A DNA stretch of 64,000 nt, from contig CAXXMR010000003.1 of NCBI GenBank assembly GCA_963663805.2, forward strand, positions 192,001 to 256,000, read 5' to 3'. Positions 10,822 to 20,777 of the stretch are shown one piece after another. Position numbers and translations under genes: made by a program. Position 1 is the stretch's first letter; every line of letters starts with the position of its first letter. Below the pieces are notes generated by a model, which ran no database searches, was not told where the DNA came from, and saw only the letters and a list, made by a program, of their open reading frames with translations. Source of the DNA: Sedimentisphaerales bacterium (lineage in GTDB: Bacteria; Planctomycetota; Phycisphaerae; Sedimentisphaerales; SM23-30).

Positions 10822-10850
10822 GGATTAAGGCGTCAAATAAAGGGTAAATA

Positions 10851-11711
10851 ATGAAAAAACCGATTGTTTTAGTCTTTGTCTTTGTAACACTGGGAAGCAC
10901 TTTGCCTTCCTCGTGGGCTGACGCTATCTCAATGGATGATATTCAGTTCTGGACCGGAAGCGGCGACAATAGTGCTGCCATGATCGTACACTGGTCCGTG
11001 CCGGAAATCTTTAATCTTGCTTATACTGACGGAGAAACAACCCCAATGCCCTCTCCCATTCAGGATGTCACTATGGTATGGGGTTATCGATTTGACGGAA
11101 CCGTTAATGCTGAAAAGATGATGCTGGACATTGCCAGAGCTGACTCTCAATTGTATCTTTTTGCTGGCGGACAGCCGGGGCTGGGGGTCGCAATTTTCGG
11201 TATCGGTTACGATCTCGATAACGATGGATATGGATTGGCATGGAGCGAAGGCGAAACCTATACCAGTTCTGATTTCAGCAACGGATTCCTCGGAGGCCAG
11301 CCTTACGGTGACGCTGATATGTACTTGCCTACTGACCAAGACGATTTGTACTGGGGTGGCTGGTATGGACCGAATTGGGAATTGTGGCATGAAAGCGGCG
11401 GTGAAGGTGGATTCTTTATTGCGCCAGATAGCGGCCCAGATATCTACTGGACCGGTGATTTCTTTACTGGTGAGCATGGAGAATGGACATTCTCTCAGGT
11501 TGGTATATCCAGTATGAAGATTGAGGATGGATCGTGGGTAGGCTGGTCGATAGCGGCAGGCGGTCTTGATATGTATGCGTTACCGCCGGACGAAGGAACG
11601 TTAGCCTGGATAAATAATAAACAGGCTCCGGCTTTGCCGGTTCCTGAGCCGGCTGCAATTGTATTACTTGGTTTAAGTAGTTTAGCGTTAACAAGAAAAA
11701 ATTATAATTAA
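10851..11711 (+). CDS. PEP-CTERM surface protein (paralog of 8572..9441)
   Basis: DDIQFWTGSGDN...WGYRFDG; shares DDLYWGG, WELW and AAGGLDM...NNKQAP with 8572; VPEP tail. Confidence 0.8.
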   Translation: MKKPIVLVFVFVTLGSTLPSSWADAISMDDIQFWTGSGDNSAAMIVHWSVPEIFNLAYTDGETTPMPSPIQDVTMVWGYRFDGTVNAEKMMLDIARADSQLYLFAGGQPGLGVAIFGIGYDLDNDGYGLAWSEGETYTSSDFSNGFLGGQPYGDADMYLPTDQDDLYWGGWYGPNWELWHESGGEGGFFIAPDSGPDIYWTGDFFTGEHGEWTFSQVGISSMKIEDGSWVGWSIAAGGLDMYALPPDEGTLAWINNKQAPALPVPEPAAIVLLGLSSLALTRKNYN

Positions 11712-11723
11712 GGAAATAGTTAA

Positions 11724-13097
11724 ATGAAAAATTTAGTTACATTAATTCTGGTATTGATATGTGCATCTTTCTCTTGGGCCCAGGTAGATAATAACTGGTC
11801 CCAGTTTCATTCTGGTAATGATTTTGCCGGAGCGACAACGACGGGGCCTGATCTTGGGGTTTATAGCACTCCTCGTTTTCAAGTCGGCAGCGATCTAGGG
11901 GCCGGATTCATGGGTGCCAGTGCTTCTGCGCCTGTCGTGATGAATAATATGGTTTATTGTTATTCCGCCAGCGGCGCAGTTAACGCATTCAGCGAACTTG
12001 ACGGCAGTCAGTTATGGACATCACCGGTAGCAGAAGCCTCGTTTGGTTCATGGTCATCGCCATCAGCAGATTCGGCCAGTAACTCTGTTTTCATGGGTTC
12101 TGGAGAGTACGTATACTGCCTTGATGCCGATACCGGCGTCGAAAAATGGAGCTATCATCTCAGCACCATGGGCAGCCATGGTGAAACTTACGCCAGTGTT
12201 GTGAATGCTTCTGTTTCGATTGTGCCGGACCTGGGCCTTAACGGAGAAGGGCTGGCGTATATGCACACTTATGGTAGTTTCGGTGGTGGTACAAGACTTC
12301 ACGCGATCAATGTTGCTGACGGTAGTCAAGCCTGGACTCTCGACCTGACAGGTCAGGGGCAGGGAGCGGTAGCCTACAATTCAGCCGAGAATCTGGTTTA
12401 TACAACGGTAGGTACCGAAGGTGGCTGGGCGTCGGGCCGGGGCGGCATAGTTGCTATCGACGCATCAACCGGAATAATTAATGTAGGTTGGGGCAATAAC
12501 GGATACAGCGTTGGTTCTTTCGAGCCTTTGAGCTTTGGCGGAATCACTTATGACAGTGTTAATGACCGGGTAATCGCCGGCGGTTATGACTTTTATGATT
12601 ACGCCGGTATGCTTGTTGCAGACGGTTCCGACGGTTCGACCATTTCCTATACAGGCGATAATGGGGCCCCTTCAGGCGACTATACGCCCACGCTCGGCGA
12701 TGACGATCTGGTCTATGCCTGTGGGGCAGAATTTCAGGATGGCCCGTTCGTATTTGCTTATAATACCGTGACCGGACAGGAAGTCTGGAAATCGGCACAG
12801 GGCTGGGGCGGCTGGAATCAATCGCTGGCTTACGCACTCGACATGGGTGACGGCACTGATGTAATCTACGCATCCGACCAGTATGGAACTAAAATCGGGA
12901 TGTTTGATGCTGATACCGGAGCACTCTTGGAGACCATAGATGGTTATGGAGGTCAGTTTGCTTTAGCCAACGAAAATCTTTATACAATTTCTGGTGGACA
13001 GTTAGTAGCTTTTGGTCCGAATGTGGTTCCTGAGCCCGCTACGATGACTTTGCTGGGTTTAGGCGTTATCACTATGTTACGTAGAAAACGTGCTTAA
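11724..13097 (+). CDS. PQQ/BamB-like beta-propeller PEP-CTERM protein
   Basis: Repeated AxDxxxGxxxW blades (LDADTGVEKW, NVADGSQAW, TVTGQEVW); VPEP-TM-RRKR. Confidence 0.8.
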   Translation: MKNLVTLILVLICASFSWAQVDNNWSQFHSGNDFAGATTTGPDLGVYSTPRFQVGSDLGAGFMGASASAPVVMNNMVYCYSASGAVNAFSELDGSQLWTSPVAEASFGSWSSPSADSASNSVFMGSGEYVYCLDADTGVEKWSYHLSTMGSHGETYASVVNASVSIVPDLGLNGEGLAYMHTYGSFGGGTRLHAINVADGSQAWTLDLTGQGQGAVAYNSAENLVYTTVGTEGGWASGRGGIVAIDASTGIINVGWGNNGYSVGSFEPLSFGGITYDSVNDRVIAGGYDFYDYAGMLVADGSDGSTISYTGDNGAPSGDYTPTLGDDDLVYACGAEFQDGPFVFAYNTVTGQEVWKSAQGWGGWNQSLAYALDMGDGTDVIYASDQYGTKIGMFDADTGALLETIDGYGGQFALANENLYTISGGQLVAFGPNVVPEPATMTLLGLGVITMLRRKRA

Positions 13098-13195
13098 TTA
13101 ATTTTGAGGCCCGGTCGCAACCGCAAAATCAGTATCTGTAAATGTAGATGTAGATTAGAAAATAAAGATTTCGACAAGTTAAAATGGAGATCATT

Positions 13196-14827
13196 ATGCG
13201 ATTAACTATTTTTTCAGTATTTACTGTTTTTGTGGTGGCGATCGGTCCTGGGGCGCATGAGACTCATGCGTCTGACATCTGGGCGGATCATATTGTTTAT
13301 AACTGGGACGGTTCAACCGCGACGCATGCTCCCGGCAGTAATGACAACATGACTCACGGTCCATTTCATTCCAGTGCGCTCTGGAGTGATCCCAACGCGA
13401 TACTGGGTAAGCCCTGTACACTGGACAGGGACGATACGGAATGGGACGGAGGCAATTTCCGTGAGATCAACATGGTCTGGCCAGCATGGTACAATGGTGT
13501 TAGTGATTACAATCTGGATGGCACACACTATACGGATGGTTACCCCGAATTAACCCGTAACAACGGATGCGGACTGAAGAAAAGCGGCTCAGAAATCGGG
13601 CAGATTGTAGTCGAATTTGATGAAGTTATCGAAAACGATTCGCACAACCCTTACGGGATCGATTTCATTGTTCATGGCAATCCGTTCTTTGCCACAGGCA
13701 TTTATGTTTATGAAGATTCAGACATGAACACATATACGCTGACGGCTTTTGGTGGAGGCGGTGAATTTCCGCCCAGCGGAGCCGGTGCGGTCTTTTCGGA
13801 ACCTATAACAATAAGCGTTGCTCAGTCGCTTGACGGCCCGTGGTATACTTTTACTGATGCTCCGGGTGATGTGGTAGTCACTGCCGACAATTATTTTCCG
13901 ACCCAGCCGTATAAATGGGACAGCAGTAATCATTGCTGGATTGGCGAAGAACTCGACTGGACCAAACCGGTCAATCCCTGGATTGTCAATTATTTCGGTA
14001 ATGAGACAGTAGCGGATGCCATCAGGCTGTACGCCGGCTCCGCGGGTGGAACTCCTTTTGATCTGGACTGGCTTTCAGACCAGTACGGCAATCCTGTCGG
14101 CCTGGAATGGATAAAGTACATCAAATTCAGTGACCCGGATAATTATCAGGGCGAGATATGTGCCGCCGCGGACGTAGCCCCGGTAAAACTCGGTGATCAG
14201 ATGTCGGTTACACCCTTCAATCTGGAGGTCGGTATAAGCCAGCTGGACTTTGTTGATCCTGAAAATGAATCAGCCAAACTTGCTGAAATTCTCGTTGTTG
14301 ACACTGAGCAAGCCCTGGCATTTCAAGTAACCGCCATAGATGATCTTTCGAATTATGCCGAGGCCCCACCCCAGCCGTTGGCAGCCTATAATGTGACGGC
14401 GATAGTAATCTTGAGCCCTTTTACCCAGGCGGCGGCAGTTGCGGATTTAAGTTTTTATGTTGGAGATACCTATAATGGTGACGGCAGTGATCTGGCGATT
14501 TATCAATGGATTGATGAGAGCTGGACGGTGCTGATGCCCTCAGGCTATGATACCTTCGGCAAATTGCTTAGTGTGACTGATGTTGATGTGTTTGAGGTTT
14601 TTGTTATCGCTGAAACCCTGATTTCGCCCGAAGGTGATATTAATCAAGATTACCGGGTAGATATGCGGGACTTTGTATTTCTGGAGCGATTTTGGCTCAT
14701 GGACATAACCAATGAACCTGACGAATTGGCACAAAGAACAGATTTAGCCGAAGATGGTTTTATTAATATTATGGATATGGCTGTTTTGGTGGATAACTGG
14801 CTTAAATGTACTTCTAATTGTAAGTGA
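13196..14827 (+). CDS. Secreted BtuH-like domain protein with C-terminal dockerin-like domain (paralog of 7604)
   Basis: Shares LGKP, NPYGIDF..GN.F, FPT..Y.WD, TKPVNP and ADAI.LY.GS.GGT.FDL with 7604. Tandem dockerin-like repeats GDINQDYRVD / DLAEDGFIN..D. Confidence 0.78.
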   Translation: MRLTIFSVFTVFVVAIGPGAHETHASDIWADHIVYNWDGSTATHAPGSNDNMTHGPFHSSALWSDPNAILGKPCTLDRDDTEWDGGNFREINMVWPAWYNGVSDYNLDGTHYTDGYPELTRNNGCGLKKSGSEIGQIVVEFDEVIENDSHNPYGIDFIVHGNPFFATGIYVYEDSDMNTYTLTAFGGGGEFPPSGAGAVFSEPITISVAQSLDGPWYTFTDAPGDVVVTADNYFPTQPYKWDSSNHCWIGEELDWTKPVNPWIVNYFGNETVADAIRLYAGSAGGTPFDLDWLSDQYGNPVGLEWIKYIKFSDPDNYQGEICAAADVAPVKLGDQMSVTPFNLEVGISQLDFVDPENESAKLAEILVVDTEQALAFQVTAIDDLSNYAEAPPQPLAAYNVTAIVILSPFTQAAAVADLSFYVGDTYNGDGSDLAIYQWIDESWTVLMPSGYDTFGKLLSVTDVDVFEVFVIAETLISPEGDINQDYRVDMRDFVFLERFWLMDITNEPDELAQRTDLAEDGFINIMDMAVLVDNWLKCTSNCK

Positions 14828-15600
14828 AACAAAAACCCGGATTTACATTAATAGAACTACTGGTGGTGATAGCCATCATAGCTTTGCTGGTATCAATCCT
14901 GCTGCCGGCCCTGGGGCGTGCTAGAGCTGCAGGCAAGCAAATTGTTTGCCTTAGTAATGTACGTCAGATGTGCCTGGGAGTTCAAACATATCTGGTTAAT
15001 AACAATGATTTTTTCCCGCCCGCTGCGAGGGATACATTTGGAATGCCAGGCAGCGTTCAATACGCCTGGGATTTCATTCGCGAATGGAATCATCTAGCTA
15101 ATACCTGGGATTATAAGCCTGGGCTGATTTGGGAAGGTCAGGGTAATGTTGAGATTCAGCAGTGCCCGGCCTTTACCGGACCAGCCATGTGGGAAGGGGA
15201 TAAATATACCGGCTACAACTACAACACCAGCTATATTGGCTGGGCCGAACCAGTGGGAGGATGGTCAGCGTTAGATTATATACCAACCGCACGCATAACG
15301 GATATCAGGCAGCCTGATAAGTGTGCTGTTTTTGGTGACGGGCAATATGGAAAAAACCAGGCTAATAAGTTTATGCGGGCCCCCTGGGAAAATGAGCGGG
15401 AAAAGGATATCAGCAATTCAACGCGTTATGCCGGAACCCAGGGTTTTCGACACCTCGAGAGCACCAACGTTGGTTTTGCTGATGGGCATTGTCAGTCATT
15501 GAAAGACAGGCATACCAATACCTACAGCTTCATCCAGGGTTATATCAGCAGCGATTGCGGCTTCCTCTCAGAAGATAATTCCCTGTATGATCTCAAATGA
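14824..15600 (+). CDS. Prepilin-type N-terminal methylation / H-X9-DG (DUF1559-type) protein, B12 cassette
   Basis: [14 protein letters not shown] cleavage motif; H-LESTNVGFA-DG. Confidence 0.9.
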   Translation: MKQKPGFTLIELLVVIAIIALLVSILLPALGRARAAGKQIVCLSNVRQMCLGVQTYLVNNNDFFPPAARDTFGMPGSVQYAWDFIREWNHLANTWDYKPGLIWEGQGNVEIQQCPAFTGPAMWEGDKYTGYNYNTSYIGWAEPVGGWSALDYIPTARITDIRQPDKCAVFGDGQYGKNQANKFMRAPWENEREKDISNSTRYAGTQGFRHLESTNVGFADGHCQSLKDRHTNTYSFIQGYISSDCGFLSEDNSLYDLK

Positions 15601-15743
15601 CTCAGCCGGCCAGTGTTTTTATAAACTTTGTCATGGAAGGAACGTGAACTATATAACTGAATTGTGTTAGAAATTTATCTCTTTTAATGGTAATATTACT
15701 GCCGAGATGCCATTTTGCAAAAGTTTAGTTGAAGGTTGAATAG

Positions 15744-16754
15744 ATGCTGACTGCAGACGAAATACATGATCACCTGAATAATCTCACAAAACCAAAGGGA
15801 AGCCTGGGGCAACTTGAAATGCTTGCCGCCAAATTAAGCTTATGTCAACAGACACTCAAGCCTAGAACCAAGCCTCGAAGTATCGTAATATTCGCTGCTG
15901 ACCATGGAGTAGTTACAGAGGGTATTTCCGCTTGGCCCGCTGAAGTTACGGCATTAATGATTACCAACATTTTAAGCGGGGGTGCCGCGAGTAGCGTATT
16001 AGCGAAATCTACTAAAACAGAACTACGGCTTGTCGATGTTGGCTCGTATGGCTTACCTGAGAACGAAAGTGACAATTACCGATGCGTAAAAATTGCATGC
16101 GGCACAGCCAATCTGTCAAAAAAACCATCTATGACTAAAGAGCAATTTAAACAAGCGGCCTTAGTTGGCAGAGCTGAAGCCGAAATAGCCGTTGGAAAAG
16201 GAGCCAGGATACTGGCCGCTGGAGAAATGGGAATTGGCAACACAACATCCGCATCTTGTATAACATCCCTGTTATGTGATGCGGCCCCAGAATCCGTTAT
16301 TGGTTCGGGAGCAGGTGCTGACGAGGTAATACTGTCTCGAAAAAGGGATATTGTTTATGACGCGGTACAACGATTACGAAATAAAAGCAATAATGATTTT
16401 ATTGAAGACATTTCCAGTATATGCGGCTTCGAAATCGCCGCTATGGCAGGTTTCTATTGCAAGGCGTTTGAGCTTAAAAGAGTTATGATAATTGATGGTT
16501 TTATCTCTACGGCAGCAGCGTTAATCGCCGAGAAGATAAGTCCGGGCTGTTGTGGTTATATGATTGCATCGCATTGCTCCGCGGAACCAGGCCATAAGAT
16601 TCTGTTGAAAAAGCTGAAATTAGCGCCGCTTCTCAATTGGTCAATGCACTTAGGAGAGGGAACCGGTGCCTTGCTGGCCATGCCCTTGATAGATGCCGCC
16701 GCCAATATTACGTCAAAAATGGCAACGTTTGAATCTGCGGGGATAAAGCGATGA
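15744..16754 (+). CDS. cobT: Nicotinate-nucleotide--dimethylbenzimidazole phosphoribosyltransferase
   Basis: LTKPKGSLGQLE, AADHGV, GEMGIGNTT, LGEGTGA. Confidence 0.95.
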   Translation: MLTADEIHDHLNNLTKPKGSLGQLEMLAAKLSLCQQTLKPRTKPRSIVIFAADHGVVTEGISAWPAEVTALMITNILSGGAASSVLAKSTKTELRLVDVGSYGLPENESDNYRCVKIACGTANLSKKPSMTKEQFKQAALVGRAEAEIAVGKGARILAAGEMGIGNTTSASCITSLLCDAAPESVIGSGAGADEVILSRKRDIVYDAVQRLRNKSNNDFIEDISSICGFEIAAMAGFYCKAFELKRVMIIDGFISTAAALIAEKISPGCCGYMIASHCSAEPGHKILLKKLKLAPLLNWSMHLGEGTGALLAMPLIDAAANITSKMATFESAGIKR

Positions 16755-17530
16755 ATAAATATCTAATACTGCCTTTTTTAACGACGGTACAATTTCTGAC
16801 CCGCATACCCGTTCCAAATGGAAACAATCCTTCAGATCCGAAAGTGTTTCAGCGGGTTGTATTGTTTATGCCGCTGGTCGGAATGCTGGTAGGATTGATT
16901 ACTGCCGGTGTTTTTGTGCTGTGCCAGTTTTTCTTTAATGCTTTATTGGCCGCGACCATTGCAATTGCTGTGGAGCTATTGGTCACGGGTGCGTTTCATG
17001 AAGACGCGGTAGCGGATTACTTTGACGCGTTTGGCGGCGGCTGGACAAAAGATGATATTTTGAGAATACTAAAGGACAGCCGAATAGGCAGTTACGGGGC
17101 GACGTCCCTTATTATGGCCCTGATTTTACGGATTCTGACAATAGCTTGTCTTGATGGAATTCTGTTCCAGATAGTTGTGATTACTGCCTCAGCCTCTATT
17201 GGACGGCTTGCTACCGTTATTTCAGTTGGAATTTTAAAGCCATTAGAATCCAGAGAAGGTCTTGCCAAAGAAGCCGGCCATAATGCTAAAATATCGGATG
17301 TCATCATCGCAGCCTTATTGATTTTACCCGTATTTGTTATTTGGGGATATTTAACGCCAATTAAAATGCTGATATCGCTGGTTGTTATTGCGGTTTTGTT
17401 GGCAATCGTATTACGAAAAATAAACAAACTTATCGGAGGCATTACAGGCGACTGCCTTGGTATGATTTGCTACATGGCCCAAATAATTGTTTTGTTAGTC
17501 TCCGCGGCAGACTGGAGGGGATTGGATTGA
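16751..17530 (+). CDS. cobS: Adenosylcobinamide-GDP ribazoletransferase (cobalamin synthase)
   Basis: FLTRIP, TGAFHEDAVADYFDA, KDSRIGSYG, GGITGDCLG. Confidence 0.95.
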   Translation: MNKYLILPFLTTVQFLTRIPVPNGNNPSDPKVFQRVVLFMPLVGMLVGLITAGVFVLCQFFFNALLAATIAIAVELLVTGAFHEDAVADYFDAFGGGWTKDDILRILKDSRIGSYGATSLIMALILRILTIACLDGILFQIVVITASASIGRLATVISVGILKPLESREGLAKEAGHNAKISDVIIAALLILPVFVIWGYLTPIKMLISLVVIAVLLAIVLRKINKLIGGITGDCLGMICYMAQIIVLLVSAADWRGLD

Positions 17531-18093
17531 AACGCACACTTATTCTCATACGTCATGGCCAGATACAGGACAAATATCAAGGCTTGTGTTATGGTGCAAG
17601 CGATATCGAACTGAGCGAAATCGGCCAGAGACAGAGCGTCGAGGCTGCTGAACAAGTCGGTAAGTATCTAATCGACACAATATATCACAGCGATCTTAAA
17701 CGCACTATCTTTATGGCGAAACTTTTGGCGACTAAATCGAACGCCAAAATCAGCGCAGACATTCGCCTCAGAGAGAGGAATTTTGGTACGTGGGAACTTA
17801 AAAAGTGGGACAGCATTTATGCTGAGAACGGAAATAAGATTGACGGTGTGTTTGAAAATCCCGATTCGTTTGCTCCGCCGGAGGGAGAGACAACTTATGC
17901 TTTCCGCAATCGAATCATGACGTGGTACAAGGATATTCCAGAAGAAGGAATTTTCGCGGTAATTGCCCACGGAGGAACCATTGCCGCTTTGCTGGGAACA
18001 CTGAAAAAACTTTCCGTTAAACAATGGCTTGATTTGATTCCCCAATATGGTGAGCATGTTATTTATTCAGAGGATAAGAAAGTGCCAAAATGA
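17527..18093 (+). CDS. cobC: Histidine phosphatase, probable alpha-ribazole phosphatase
   Basis: LIRHG, SDLKR, LRERNFG, HGG. TTG start at 17527 overlaps the cobS stop and follows GGAGG. Confidence 0.85.
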   Translation: MKRTLILIRHGQIQDKYQGLCYGASDIELSEIGQRQSVEAAEQVGKYLIDTIYHSDLKRTIFMAKLLATKSNAKISADIRLRERNFGTWELKKWDSIYAENGNKIDGVFENPDSFAPPEGETTYAFRNRIMTWYKDIPEEGIFAVIAHGGTIAALLGTLKKLSVKQWLDLIPQYGEHVIYSEDKKVPK

Positions 18094-18455
18094 AAAAATA
18101 CAGCATTGTTTTATTAGTTGCCATATGCCTTAGTATTTGCCTTGTTGGTTTTTTTTCGACTAATTATAACCTACCTCCCTTAGAACAGAATCAAGTAGTC
18201 CCCAGCAGGGTTATCTCGATAAACCCGGCAGCTACTGAAATCATTTTTGAGCTTGGTTGTGATGATAAACTCATCGCCATCAGCGATTTCTGCAATTATC
18301 CCCTTAAGACGAAAAATATGGATAAGGTTGGCGGTATTATTAATCCTAATTTCGAGCGTATAAGTATCCTCAAGCCAGATTTGATAATCATCCAGGGCAA
18401 ATGTGAAGATATAACAAAATTTTGTAACCACAAGGGTATTAAATATATAAATATC

Positions 18456-20046
18456 GTAACATTTTAGCCAAGTGAAGCAAATTCTATAGCTTTTGGGTTG
18501 GCTTGTGCAAAAAAAAGACAAAAAAAACTTTAAAATGTTAAGATGGGTAATTTGCGCTATTGCGTGTAATGGTTTATAGTTTCAGCATGATGAAGCCGAA
18601 TGCTGAACAGGCTATCGCCGACCTGGCCTTAGAGCAGGAATTGACTGCGGAGCAGGCTGAGCTTATTTACGAGCAAGGCAGAGAGGCGGTGGTTTTTGTT
18701 TTGCTGAGACTGTCGAAACTGGCAGCGGAAAAAACACAAGGTACGTTAGTTGCCGGCAGTCCGGCTGATCCTTCGTGTCCCTCAGGTCAGAAGCCGGTTT
18801 TTGTCAAGCCGAACAAAACAGATAAAAAACGCGGCAAAAAGTTTGGCCGTAAAAAAGGGCATCAAGGTACTCGCCGCAATCTGCCGACCCAAATAGACCG
18901 TACCGAAGAACATCGCGCTTCATGTTGTCCGGACTGCGGCGGCGAACTGAAAAAATGTTCCGGCACACGTGAACGAATCATCGAAGACATCCCGGAAGAT
19001 GTTCGCGTTGAGACGGTAAAGCATGTTATTCATCGCGACTGGTGTCCGAACTGTCGCAAGGCGGTTGAGCCGATCGTAACCGATGCTCTGCCAAAATCAT
19101 CTATTGGCAATGGTATTGTGGTTTTGTGTGCCTGGCTCCACTTTGCGTTGGGCAATACGATAGCGCAGATCCTGGAGGTGTTTAATTTTCATCTCCGGTT
19201 TAAGATGTCGCCGGGCGGATTAGTCCAGATGTGGCATCGTTTAGCGGATATACTCCTGGCCTGGTACGAAGAAATAATCGAGGACATTCAAAAAGCCGGT
19301 GTCCTGCACGGCGATGAGACCGGCTGGCGGGTAAACGGTAAAACGCATTGGTTATGGTGCTTTACCAGCCATCAAGCCACGATTTTTACGGTCGAGCAGT
19401 CGCGGGCCGGGCCGGTGGTTTTGGAATTTATCAAAGAATGTTTCAACGGCGTGTTCGTAAGTGACTTCTGGTATGCTTACAATGTATTGTCATGCGCCAA
19501 ACAAAAGTGCCTGGTTCACTTACTGCGTGATTTGGAGCGAGTCTGGAAAGCCAAAGACCACAGCGGCGATTGGCCGAGGTTCTCCAAAAAACTCAAACGA
19601 TTAATTCGCGACGCGATACGCCTGCGTAAACGCATCGATGAACTGGATGCGACGGTTTACCAGCGGCGCTGCCAACGAATCGAAAAACGCTTGGATCTTA
19701 TTATCGCGCATGAGTGGTCGAACAAGGAAGCTCAGCGGTTGATTAAGCGTTTGAAACGCCATCATGATGAGCTGTTCACTTTTCTGAGCAATCGCGAGGT
19801 GCCGTTCGATAATAATTTTGGCGAACGCAGCATTCGCGGCGCGGTGATCATGCGAAAGAACAGCTATAACAACCGCAGCGACCGTGGAGCCCGAACGCAA
19901 TCGGTGCTGATGAGCGTGTTTTTTACCCTGAAACAACGCGGCCTAAACCCGGTTGCTACCATCAAAAAAGCCCTGCGAACATACATCAAAACCGGCAAAT
20001 TGCCAAAACTCGCGGAGTTCTCTGCTTCACTTGGCTAAAGTGTTAC
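18456..20046 (+). mobile_element. IS66-family insertion sequence (single-ORF, ISBst12-like)
   Basis: 24-bp terminal inverted repeats GTAACA(T/C)TTTAGCCAAGTGAAGCA; 8-bp target duplication TAAATATC at 18448-18455 and 20047-20054. Confidence 0.95.
18560..20038 (+). CDS. IS66 transposase (TnpC-type)
   Basis: CPDCG...CPNC zinc finger, HGDETGW, SDFWYAY, CLVHLLRD, DNNFGERSIR. True start may be 18587/18590. Confidence 0.93.
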   Translation: MRVMVYSFSMMKPNAEQAIADLALEQELTAEQAELIYEQGREAVVFVLLRLSKLAAEKTQGTLVAGSPADPSCPSGQKPVFVKPNKTDKKRGKKFGRKKGHQGTRRNLPTQIDRTEEHRASCCPDCGGELKKCSGTRERIIEDIPEDVRVETVKHVIHRDWCPNCRKAVEPIVTDALPKSSIGNGIVVLCAWLHFALGNTIAQILEVFNFHLRFKMSPGGLVQMWHRLADILLAWYEEIIEDIQKAGVLHGDETGWRVNGKTHWLWCFTSHQATIFTVEQSRAGPVVLEFIKECFNGVFVSDFWYAYNVLSCAKQKCLVHLLRDLERVWKAKDHSGDWPRFSKKLKRLIRDAIRLRKRIDELDATVYQRRCQRIEKRLDLIIAHEWSNKEAQRLIKRLKRHHDELFTFLSNREVPFDNNFGERSIRGAVIMRKNSYNNRSDRGARTQSVLMSVFFTLKQRGLNPVATIKKALRTYIKTGKLPKLAEFSASLG

Positions 20047-20777
20047 TAAATATCAATCTTAGGGATATTAGCGAAATATATCAGGGCATAAAAGAGCTCG
20101 GTGAGAAGCTAGGCAACCCTGCCGCTGCGGAGAGATTATGCAGTAAGATCAATAATGAACTGGAAACTATAAAAAACAAACTATCTTCCGCGGAAAAGAA
20201 AAAGGTGTTTTTTTCCTTGTATCGTGTTCCCGGCACACTTGCAAGCATTACTACAGTTGGACCGGACACTTTTTTGGGTGAGCTTATTGAAGTCGCAGGC
20301 GGAGTAAATATTTTTAGTGATTTGGAGCAGGATTATCCGGTGATTTCCAAAGAAAGCCTTCTCAAACGCCAGCCAGAAGTTATTATTGAACCATATCCCC
20401 ATTCGGCCGGGACTAATTGTAATTCAAATGAGGCTTTAAAAGACTGGTCAAAACTTAGCAAACTAGAGGCTGTAATTAATAATAAACTTTATGTTATCGA
20501 TGGAGATATTGTCCTGAAACCGGGTCCAAGAGTTGGGCAGGCGGCGTTTGAACTGGCCAAGATAATTCATCCAGAGCTGTGTGATGAATCTCCAATTTGC
20601 AAACAACAATAATGTCAGTTACTCTTAGTCAAGCTTACATAAATAATGGATTGCATCAACGTGGAAATAAACATCGGCGATAGTATTAACAGATCAGATA
20701 ATTCAGACAAAAACACTATGTAAAAATAGTTGAGTTACTCTTGACACCGGGTTCCGGACAGATAACATGAGGTTTTT

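Larger units (their letters stand above)
18090..20612 (+). pseudogene. btuF: BtuF-like cobalamin periplasmic binding protein split by IS66
   Basis: N-half 18090-18455 (RVISINPAATEI, PNFERI..LKPDL) and C-half 20055-20612 (AGGVNIF, PGPRV) rejoin in frame into 307 aa when the IS and one TSD are removed. Confidence 0.88.

Noticed and set aside
19953..20054. N-terminus of the 219-aa ORF as a separate gene
   Set aside because: It is IS66 sequence read in frame into the btuF 3' half.
20741..20768. Internal promoter before cobO (TTGACA-16-TAACAT)
   Set aside because: Plausible, but the -10 is weak and very close to the RBS; not enough support.
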